Shown here piece after piece: positions 53,242-64,000 of a stretch of 64,000 nucleotides of DNA (positions are counted from its first letter, which is position 1; the number at the start of each line of letters is the position of its first letter). This DNA comes from Octopus sinensis (lineage: Eukaryota). The stretch is taken from assembly GCF_006345805.1 (NCBI RefSeq), contig NC_043002.1, forward strand, positions 105,214,001-105,278,000. Direction: 5' to 3'. The translations under genes and the position numbers were made by a program. Under the pieces are notes generated by a model, which was given only the letters and a program-made list of their open reading frames with translations, made no database searches and was not told where the DNA came from.

Positions 53242-53944
53242 ACATATACATACATTTATATATGTATGTTTATATACATATATATAAATGTATATATATT
53301 TGTATTTATATTTATATACATGTGTATATATATAATTTTTATCTGATTTCATACACACACACACACACATATATATACATGTATTTATATATATATACGA
53401 ATATATACATCCATGTGTGTGTATGTTTGTGTGTGTGTATAAACTGTATATTAGAATCTGCTTATTTTGTGTATGTTTTTTTTTGTTGTTGTTCCATTTC
53501 TCTTTGACTGCGAAATTGAAAACTTATAGACACGTGAAATCTTTGCAAACCGCCAAGTTTCAACTTATTAATTCTTGTACTTTTCAATGTATTACGACAG
53601 TAATAAAACATACACTAGTTTGCCTGTAAGATGAACACTGGTCAAATTAGCATTTCTATATGTTGTATATTATATGTTATGACTTACACTCTTCAGAGAA
53701 TCATGAACCTCAACTTTCCACTCGTCCTTCAAGTTTTGTGACGCTCAAAGGTGCTCAAGGCTGTAACCGCTGAGGGGTATTATAAAATGCTCTATGCTAA
53801 CACATAGCATAACGTGCAATGGTACGATCTGTAATGAAAGTGCATTATTCAGGACATTATGTTTATAGTTGTATGTAATATTTTTAGCCAAATTGATTGC
53901 GTTTTAAGTGTTTCGGTATTAGTATTACAAAGTGTCTCCTGTGG

Positions 53945-54098
53945 CGTATGTGCGTGATAAGAATTTAGGTACACCACCATGTGGTTGCGAGTTCGGTCGA
54001 TTTGTGTGACACCTTTACTAAGTGACTTCTGCTAGGGCATCGCGCAGACCAAAGGTTTGTGCGTCGATTTGTTGGATGGAAACTGAAAGAAGCCCGTC
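53945..54098 (+). mobile_element. Degenerate SINE family A head
   Basis: ..gagttcggtc..gatggaaactgaaagaagcccgtc. Confidence 0.6.
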
Positions 54099-54374
54099 AT
54101 ATATATATATATATAATATTATATATATATATAAGCACATATACACATGTATATGTAAATAATATATATGTATAAAAGCACATACACACACTACACAAAC
54201 AACACACACACACACAGATATATATATATATGCATATATACATACATATACATACTTACATATATACATATATATATATATATATATATTATATAATTAA
54301 ATAGTCCCTTTGCATACTGAATACTTGGTGAAATTGATTAATAATTAATTAATTTTGCCCTCAACAACATGTAA

Positions 54375-54625
54375 AACGGGAACAAGAAATACAAGAACAT
54401 GGGAAACGAACTTTTTTTTTGCGATCAGCGAAAGACACAAATAGGAAAACAATACAGGCAACATAAAGAACAATCCCTTCATCAGCGGAGTAGATAAAAC
54501 TGGACAACTGATGAAGGGATTTTTCTTTATGTTGCCTGTCTCATTTCTCTATTTGTTTCTTTCGTTGATCGTAAAAATAGGTCGTTTTCCTTGTGTTTGT
54601 ATTGTATTCCTTATTTTGTATTTCG
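54375..54625. repeat. Imperfect inverted repeat (~110-bp arms, 22-nt spacer), probably an inverted Penelope-type fragment
   Basis: acaggcaacataaagaacaatcccttcatcag versus ctgatgaagggattttttctttatgttgcctgt. Confidence 0.8.
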
Positions 54626-54758
54626 TTGTTCATGTTGTTTACGTTTTTTGACGACCTGTACCCATATATGCATGTGTATATACAAATATATGTAAGTATG
54701 TGCATATATATATAAGCATGTACATATATGTAAGTATGTATATATGTATATGTATATG

Positions 54759-54790
<32 letters not shown>

Positions 54791-54855
54791 TATTATATTA
54801 TTTTTTTAATTATTATATGATTGAAACGCCACGCATCCATCCCAAGTAAGTTATA

Positions 54856-54901
<46 letters not shown>

Positions 54902-54923
54902 TTATATATAATATATATATATA

Positions 54924-54977
<54 letters not shown>

Positions 54978-56214
54978 CATATGTATGTATGTATGTATAT
55001 ATATATATATGTATATGTCATACTCACACACGCAGAATTACACGTATGTATATGAATATATATATATATATATATATGGGTGGGTGGGGAAGAATTAAAA
55101 ATAATGGTCATGCATCTATTTTTCTTTACGGAGTAAATTGGCTTACACATGTTTCCAGTAGTCATTATAAGTACATTACTTTTAGGTTTTTTCAACTGGT
55201 CTATTAATCAATTAAAGTAAAGTGATCGACCCAAGCAATTTCTGTTTATAATAAGCAAAACCACTGGAGGAATGGCTACTGTATGGGGAATGTCGGACGA
55301 GAAATGGAGATACTCTCAGCAACATCTCTCAACCTATCAGCATTTTATATCCTGGATTATAAGAGCATTCCTGGCCTCTACAATATGTCTACAAGTAGTA
55401 TTTTTTTATTTTCTAACAGTATTGCCCCACTGTGCTAGATAGCAAAAATTTTACTTTACTGTCATAGACCGACCATGTCCATAAAACCCATATCTTATTT
55501 CAACACACTGGCTGGAGAATAATCTAACCTCTATACAATGCCAATATGCTAATGGGTGCTGACCTAACCACAAACACTCATGTTTTAGACTGTCCCCTCT
55601 TCCCAATTTAGCAATACAATGCCCCTACTTCTAGTAGATGACTCCTATACCATCTCCTTACTTACCGCCACCCCCTTTGTAGCTTGTTTTCCGCTGTTCT
55701 CTATTCTACTTGAATATTTCCATCTTCTCTTTCCACCTTCTCCATACAATAGCCATTCTTCCAGTGCTCTGCTTGTTGTAACTAGAAACAGCGCTGACGA
55801 AAGTAACATTAATTTTCTTAAGTCGTTCAATTTACCATAATTGATCAATAGACCAATTCAGTAAACCTATGAGTAATGCAACTATAATGACTATTGGAAA
55901 CAGCTGTAATTCCAAATTTGCTCCAATAAACGAATAATATGTAACGACCATTATTTTTGACTTGTTTCTTACATATCACTCTGTAAAAATCAGTTTATCA
56001 GGAGCCAATCCATGGAGTTACAATATAGAATTGTGATGAACCATAACTTGGAATTCTACCAAAAAATTACTCGCAGTTCTTCACTAATCTAACTAATTTT
56101 GTTAGGCTGGTGTGCCATTAGAGAGTTTATGAAATATTTTCTCGGATTGATGATCTCTTACTATGTGTGTGGGTATGTGTTCGTGTGTATGTGTATATAT
56201 ATATATGGTGTGTC

Positions 56215-56782
56215 CAAAAAGCAAAATTCATAAAAAGAAGCTGATAATGTGTGTTTGGTGGTCTGGCGCCGATGTGATCTATTATGATTTCATTAAACCT
56301 GGCTCATAAATCTCGGCCGAAGTATATTGCAGCCAACACGACCAAATGATGCAGAAACTTACAAAAAACAGCCTAGATTAGTCAACAGATCCACTCCTAT
56401 TTTATTGCAAGACAATGCCAGACCACTCATCGCAAAAATGACATTGGCGAAACAACAGGAGTTGAAGTTGGAAGTTCTCCATCATCTACCGTACTCACCT
56501 GGATCTTGCCCCCACTGACTACCACTTCTTCCAGAATTTGGATAACTTTTTAATAGGAAAAAAGTTTAATTCCGACGTTGCTGTAAAACAGGCCTTCCAA
56601 GATTTTATTGACTCTAGATTGCCAGGCTTTTACAGTTCCTGGCTGGACAAGCTACCGCTTAAATGGCAAAAGTGTATTGACAATATGGATGCATACTTTG
56701 ATGAATAAAGGAATTCCTTGTATTTAGAAAATATTAGCAATTTTTTTTCTTTTCTACAGATTTCATACTTGATGACCTAATA
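56215..56782 (+). pseudogene. Mariner (DD34D) transposase C-terminal remnant with 3' TIR region
   Basis: KKLIMCVWW..ILLQDNARP..LHHLPYSP(D)LAPTDYHFFQNLDNFL..KWQKCID. Confidence 0.88.
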
Positions 56783-56999
56783 ATTATTATCGTGCACCCG
56801 CTTGTGTTCTGATTTCGGCTCATATTGCAGTCAATTTTGCTTCTTATATATTGTTGGTCAAATGTATTTCAGATCAATTATTGTAATCAATCAATTCGAC
56901 CAAATTTTTTACAATTCCACCCATCTCCGCTACACAAATAACTTCTCCATCGATTGATAGACTGGGAAATTCAGTACCACTAACTTGTTTCGTTCTTAT

Positions 57000-57013
57000 G
57001 TTGCCATAGCAAC
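57000..57013. promoter_or_regulatory. RFX X-box
   Basis: GTTGCCATAGCAAC is a full match to GTHNYY-AT-RRNAAC. Confidence 0.5.
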
Positions 57014-57254
57014 GTTTCTAAAACCATGTTGCCTCAACCAACAGCTTAAATAATAATTATAAAGATTAACAGGGTTTAATGATAGGTATTCATCAGATAC
57101 AAATCCCATTCACTCTTTTCACATTTCCATTTTGGCATTGAATGTGGCAAAATATCATCTGGTTCTTGTACAATTCTCTTGGCGAGATAGTTGTTGTAAA
57201 ACAATAAACTCAACGGATTGCTTTATTCCTTCTCCATTTGACATGCTCCAATCG

Positions 57255-57625
57255 TTAGGTTGTGAGCATGCTGGGGCACCGACGTCAACGGTTTAGTCAA
57301 AGAAATCGACGCCGGTACTTATTTTTCAAAGTTTGGTACTTATTCTATTCTCTTCCTTTTGACGAACCTCTACGTTATGGGGGCGTATGCAAACCAATGC
57401 TGCTTGTCAAGCAATGATAAGAGCCACACACAAAGGCATACTTACACACACATATAGTCGATGGGATTCCATATAGTTTCCGTCTGCCAAATTCACTTAC
57501 AAGGCATTGGTTGATTAATGTGGCTTCAGTTGAAAATACTTGTCCAGCGAGCCGCAATGTGAGATTGAACCCGAAACCGTGTGTGTAAAAAAAAGAGCTT
57601 CTTAACTATTCAAGCCATGCCTGTG
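57255..57625 (-). mobile_element. Degenerate SINE family A
   Basis: Homologous to family A. Confidence 0.7.
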
Positions 57626-58164
57626 GCTATATGCAGAAGATTATCAATGAAGACTATAAGGCGTGGACTTTATCTACAAAGTCAACATCTTTTGATTTGA
57701 TGTATTTATCATAAGCAATGTATATAAATGCTGAGCTATTAATACAATGGAAACATCGAAAAATAACTGTAACCAATGATTGAAAACCTTGGGAGTTTTA
57801 CGCTTTTTGCATTACTTCCGCTACTTAAAGAAACCACGTAAATTACTGTAGCAACCTTTATCTGACATTTGCATTTAAATGGCGAATGTTGTTGACTTTG
57901 TGTTTTTGCGTTTGTGATTGGTAAAATGAGTTAGACGCCACGGAACATTATCAAGATATATAATTTGCTTTTGCCATCAAAAAAAAAAAAACACACAGAA
58001 TCATTGTACACGAGATACAAATAATTATCAGGGCAAAGGATGGAAACAAAATTTATTGAGGCTTCACTCGAGGGTTTCCATTCATATTTTTCTGTGAATC
58101 AACATTATCACAATTTTATAAGATGCCTGAAGCAGGAAATGTGAGTAACCCATCGCGCTCTCAA

Positions 58165-58465
58165 GGTAACTGAATAAGAATGTTGAACGAAATACTCATG
58201 TTTCCAGAGGTGAATTATTCAAACCCCAAAGAAATCCTCTCAACATGTGGCGATGATGATCCCCCACTACTTCTGCTCGTGATCAGAGGTGCACATGTCG
58301 TCAGCCACCATGGGATATGCTCAACTGGATAAGATCAAGCAAATATGTGGTATTGAGCAGAATGTTTGCTGTAGCCTATCTTTTACACCAATACAAAACA
58401 TAGTATGTATGATAACACTTCCAATCAGTTAAGATCAGAAATCATAAGAGCCAATGCCTGGTGTT
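58165..58465. mobile_element. Family E repeat fragment (inverted relative to 16999-17574)
   Basis: ttccagaggtgaattattcaaaccccaaag..cagttaagatcagaa. Confidence 0.75.
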
Positions 58466-58624
58466 GCGCTTTCCATAATCTCTGTAATTCAATGGCCAGG
58501 TCCTGCAACTTTGCTCTTTATTCTATACCTCTCACATTGTTTTTTTTTAATCATTTGGGACTGTAAAGTCAATTATATGGTACTGTCGTCTAAAGCACGC
58601 AAAAGTGAAAATAACACTAACATC

Positions 58625-59345
58625 TATCTTAACAGATATATTTACAAAAGTTACAGAAAAATAACTTGAAATAATAAAGAGTAAATTTATTCAATAAAAT
58701 CGCCATTGGTTTCAACTACGACCTCCAGACGTCTTTGGAATCTCCTGCAATCATCTGGACGGTCTCTCTGTTTAGGTTGGTGAATGCTGCCATAATTTTT
58801 GTGTTCAGTTCATCTTTGGTATTAGAAGGGGTTTTGTTGGTCTGTCGGTCAATGAGTACGACACATAATAACCAAGGGTGTTGCAGTATGGGGAGGTAGG
58901 TGGCCAGATGTTAGGGATGATGTGGTTGCTGAAATTGTCTGACAGCCATGACTGGATTCTCCTGATTGTGTAGGATGGTGCAGAGTCCTGTTGCCCGACA
59001 TAGGATCTTCCAGCAACCACCCTCTTGACCCAGGGCAGCACTACGTGTCGGACTCCGTGTTGAGTCTGAGGCCGTGTGGGAAGATGAATGGAGACGTAAC
59101 GTCGCCATCGTTACTGATCACTCCAAACCCGATAATGTTAACTGGACATTTGATAGTTATCTCTCTCGGTGTATGTTCTCAGATTGCACTCTCTTGAGAT
59201 CGACACACAAACACTATGAAATGTTCGCATTGGAGATTTCGGTGCCAATGCCAGGCAGTACAGCAGATCTTTTCCAAATTTCTGCTGGTGGAGTGAATTG
59301 TGTTATGGACCTGTATTTCGCACAGACAGGGCCCAGCTACCCCTA
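58625..59345 (-). pseudogene. Tc1/mariner (maT/DD37D-like) transposase remnant
   Basis: GFGVISNDGDVTSPFIFPHGLRLNTE..LPWVKRVVAGRSYVGQQDSAPS..WPPTSPYCNTLGYYV. Confidence 0.8.
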
Positions 59346-59619
59346 TCATACTGCGTAGTCAACAAAATCAAAAAAACAATGCGCATGCGCGAAATTAAAT
59401 GTGAGATGGCGAGAGCTTACCTATCGCACCTAGTACATATATATACATATATATATTATATATATATATATATACATATATATCTATATATAAATATATA
59501 TATGCATATATATATATACACACATACATAGTATACATATATATATGTATACATATATACATACAGATATGCAAATGTCTATATATATTACACATATACC
59601 TAGTATACATATATATATA

Positions 59620-59698
<79 letters not shown>

Positions 59699-60157
59699 TG
59701 CATATATATATATGTATGTATATGCGTGCGCATGTGTGTGTGTATGTGTGTATGTTTGCGTACGTATTTGTGTGTAATTGTATGTGTACGTCTGTGTGTG
59801 TCTGTGTGTGTCTGAGTGTGTCTGAGTGTGCGTTTAAGGAAAGCTATATGGAAAAACGTGAACTCAGAAAAATGAACACAAACAAACAGACAATGCTATA
59901 TTCTTATTTGTTTGTATATTTGTCAGCACGTACATGTGTATGCGTGCGTGCGTAAAAGTGGTTATGTGTTGCATGTACGTCTATGTGTGTTCCTGAGTGT
60001 GTGCTTATGCGCATGCGTCTGTATATGTTGCAATTTCGCCTTGCTGTTTATCATCAGCTGAATCTTATAAATCACTGCGCTTTATTTTATTTCAGTCTCT
60101 ACCACAATCTACGCACGCACATATGCAAATAATTATGTCTACAAACATACATACTCA

Positions 60158-60193
<36 letters not shown>

Positions 60194-60811
60194 TTCACAT
60201 GTATAAGCCTCACTATGTGCTCTTTTCTTTATGTAGTTGATGTATATATTAATATTTATGTGCCTGTGTCTATGTGATCATGTGTTGCCTGCATATGTCT
60301 ACAAGTGGTTTGAAATAAACCAATACACACATATATATGACTTAGCTGTTTTCTACGTCTCTATACTCGGCTGTAAATTATGTATCTGTGGCGTGCTTCG
60401 CCTCTATGTATTGTAGTGGAGATATGTGTTATATGTTGAGATTTTATTGTTTATATAAACATACAGTACACAAACGTTAGCGAAAACTCACGCACGATTG
60501 CTCAATAACTTGTTCCCTTCTTTGCTACACTGCTTCTTCGATTCGCTTCAGCAGCCACGCCTCGGCTGGACATACATGACGCTCCATCAGTTGCCATAAA
60601 TATAACGTGACTAACATGGCCATGTGATATGTGGGGGAAGAGGTGTGTGGGTAAATGGGTATGCGTAGTGTTAACCTACAGACAATGAGCAGAGATCGAT
60701 TCACAGCTGGGTCGATTGACTAGATATTTAGCAGGTGTTGCAATTCTATATCTTATGTGTACATGAGTATGGGTATAAAAAGAAACATGTATGCTTATAC
60801 GTCACTATCTG

Positions 60812-60875
<64 letters not shown>

Positions 60876-60917
60876 CCTACGTATCTGTCTGTCTGTCTAT
60901 CTCTCCCTTAAAGGGTA

Positions 60918-61040
60918 AAGACCCCCTTCGGTCAGGCACTGACCATGGGTTTGCACCTAGAGAGATACCCTCTGAGGCACAAGTCTGGGCAAGGTTGTTT
61001 TATGGAAGACCAGCAGTCGCCCATGCATACCGGCCTCCCT
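60918..61040 (-). mobile_element. SINE family D 3' fragment
   Basis: gacccccttcggtca..cagcagtcgcccatgcataccggcctccc. Confidence 0.75.
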
Positions 61041-61069
61041 TATATATATATATATATATATTTTTTTTT

Positions 61070-61468
61070 TTTACTTGTTTCAGGCATTTGACTGTGGCCA
61101 TGCTGGAACACCGCCTTTAGTCGAGCAAATCGCCCCCAGGTCTTATTCTTTGGAAGCCTAGTACTATTCTATCGATCTCTTTTGCTGAACCGCTAAGTTA
61201 CGGGGACGTAAACACACCAGCATCGGTTGTCAAGCGATGTTAGGAGGACAAACAAGACACACAAACACACACACCACACACACATATATATATATATTCA
61301 TATATATACGACGGGCTTCTTTCAGTTTCCGTCTACCAAATCCACTCACAAGACTTTAGTAGAAGGCTATAGTAGAAGACACTTGCCCAAGGTGCCACGC
61401 AGTGGGACTGAACCCGGGACCATGTGGTTGGTAAGCAAGATACTTACCACACAGCCACTCCTACGTCT
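61070..61468 (-). mobile_element. SINE family A
   Basis: Homologous to 9253-9742. Confidence 0.88.
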
Positions 61469-61487
61469 ATATATATATATACTCTTT

Positions 61488-61690
61488 ACTCTTTTACTTG
61501 CTTGAGTCATTTGACTGTGTCCATGCTGCAGCACCGCCTTTAGTCGAGCAAATCGACCCCAGGACTTATTCTTTGTAAGTCTAGCACGGTATTCTATCGG
61601 TCTCTTTCGTCGAACCGCTAAGTTACGGGGACGTAAACACACTATCATCGTTGTCAAGCGATGTGGGGGGGGGCAAACACAGACACACAA
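61488..61690 (-). mobile_element. SINE family A 3' half
   Basis: Homologous to family A. Confidence 0.8.
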
Positions 61691-61767
61691 GCATATGCAC
61701 ACACACAACACACACTCACATATATATACATACATACACACATACATACATATATATATATATATAC

Positions 61768-61849
<82 letters not shown>

Positions 61850-61862
61850 ATATATTATATAG

Positions 61863-61895
<33 letters not shown>

Positions 61896-63049
61896 ATGCA
61901 TATATACATACCTGTATGTACATACATCTATAAGTATATAATAAGCATACGTGGGTGGAGGACGTCACGAAATGTGTACGACAAAAAAGTACGAAGCACG
62001 AGTACATGGAACATGAGTTATTCTTTCGAACAACAAAATATCCAAATGGAAAACAGAACAAACAACATAATGAACGACCTTTCACAAGTTGTTTGCTTTT
62101 TTTTTCTAGTCTTGTATTTCGAGCATTTAACAACAATATACGCTTACAATAAAATAGTTGCTCCCGCAAAGCAAATTAAATAAAATTTGGGATTTTGCGG
62201 AGGGTCAAAATAGGTAACACAAACAGGACAGTGAAAACAAAGAGGAAGGGCTACTAAGCCTAAACGGGGTTGTGGTGGCGAACGCATAAATCAAGCTAAG
62301 ACAGGAGACAAACAAGAATACTTCTTCCTTGTTCCAGCTACAACGGAGGGAAAGAAAGATGGCTGATAGTCACATGGGAGCCACATGGGATAAAATGGAA
62401 GCGTGTGGGTGCGTTCGTTTCTAATTAGATAATCGTCCAATATAATTGGCTGCAATAAGAGCGGTATATATTCTCATCAATAATTCCGCTGAAGTTCAAC
62501 CGGATTAATATTTGCAAGGTCACCAAAATTAACAAATAATCGCTGTTGCATTTAAACTTGAGCAAGTACAATCACATTTTTCCAGGAAAATATCTTGATG
62601 CTGTGGCTGCTTCTGACGCATCCCTGTGAAGTCTAAAATGTCGTTAGATGGAGCTTTTGACAAAGGGCGACAAATTAGAATTATCAAGTATATTCCATAA
62701 GTACGTTGTTCGCTGCTCAGATTACTATATCCACAGATTCATTCTGGCACAACATATCAGTGAACAACCTACCAGGAGCATATCGTGACAGTTAAACATT
62801 TCGCTTGTTCAACAGTTCGCACGACATTATAGAAATATCAAACTTAAAAGACTCCATGCATTGTGTAAGCGCGCAGTTTTCTAGGCGCACAGGTTCTTTC
62901 ATTCACTGCTCCTTGTTGCAAAGGTTGATGGGTTCTCGAATTCCTATGAGTACAAAGTAATAAATAAACAGGCCTTACGATAGGAAAATATAGATTGCAA
63001 TCTACGTTACATTTGTTTAACTGTATTATTATCTAATCATTTCCATAAT

Positions 63050-63151
63050 CATCAGCAGCAGCATCATTATCATCATCATTACCACTATATCATTATTATT
63101 GTTGTTTTGTTTGTCATTAATATTATTATTATTATTATTATTATTGTTATT

Positions 63152-63189
<38 letters not shown>

Positions 63190-63249
63190 ATTATTATTAT
63201 TATTATTTATTATTATTATTATACTATTATTATTATTATATTATTATTA

Positions 63250-63297
<48 letters not shown>

Positions 63298-63505
63298 TAT
63301 TATTATTATTACTATTACTATTATTATTATTATTTATTATTATTATTATTATTATATTATTATTATTATTATTATATATTATTATTATTATTATCATTAT
63401 TATTATCGTCATCATCATCATCATCATTATTATTATTATTATATTATCATCATCATCATCATTATTATTATTATTTATTATTTATTATCATTATTATTAT
63501 TCATC
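63050..63505. repeat. (ATT/ATC)n array, i.e. (TAA)n on the minus strand
   Basis: Direct reading. Confidence 0.95.
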
Positions 63506-64000
63506 ATTTTTATTTACGTTTAGTCTGCATGATTGATACAACCACTCACCGAGACGTACCCAGCCTCCTAGGGCGAGTGAATGATAAGAGATGTTACAAT
63601 ATGACTGATAGCTCTGGGTGTGTGTGTGTGGGGGGGGTTAAGTGGCAGGAGCAGTAGCGAAATATTTTCATGGAATACAACACATACATTTAAATTGATA
63701 GGGTTTTTTCTAGGGATATGGGCAGTACTTCTCAGCAAAATCTGTTGGCTTTCATTGAGATATGGTTCTCCTGGTATATTATCTAGATGTTTCTGACATC
63801 CTTTTCTTATCATACCGAGGGCACCCACAATAACAGGAACAGTTATCGATTTAAGATGTCACATCTATTGTATTTCAATTTCTCCGTCCTTATATTTACT
63901 CAATTTGTCAAATTCCTATATAGATATATTTATATCAGGGGCAACACTTACATCCCAGATAATAGTGACGTTTTTACCTTCGACTGGCTCAGGGTGATGT
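63506..64000 (-). pseudogene. R4/Dong-clade LINE 3' end (RLE remnant plus 3' UTR) running into (TAA)n
   Basis: EFDKLSKYKDGEIEI..VPVIVGALGMIRKGCQKHLDNIPGEPYLNESQQILLRSTAHIPRK. Confidence 0.8.

Noticed and set aside
59074-59358. 94-aa plus-strand ORF
   Set aside because: Antisense shadow of the maT transposase remnant.

Overview
AT-rich, repeat-saturated animal DNA. The SINE, LINE and microsatellite content resembles an octopod (Octopus-like) genome; this is inference from recognised repeat families. There is one 100-N scaffold gap. No intact host gene can be supported, and almost all ORF-track entries are microsatellite artefacts or transposon remnants. Recognisable elements: Tx1-clade LINE fragments, R4/Dong-clade LINE fragments, a CR1-like 3' end, an internally deleted Chapaev3 transposon with TIRs and TAA TSD, three Tc1/mariner remnants, and four tRNA-SINE families. 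The main unexplained signal is a dense set of minimal type-I hammerhead ribozyme (HHR) motifs from several unrelated Penelope/retrozyme-like families. These include a 3 x 246-bp tandem HHR array with an inverted fourth copy (5125-6108) and a 354-bp terminally redundant HHR monomer inside (GATA)n (2790-3173). Several motifs have non-canonical cores or helix-II bases. Two Tx1 copies sit inside (GATA)n, suggesting a microsatellite-targeting LINE. All ribozyme folds were read by eye and are untested.
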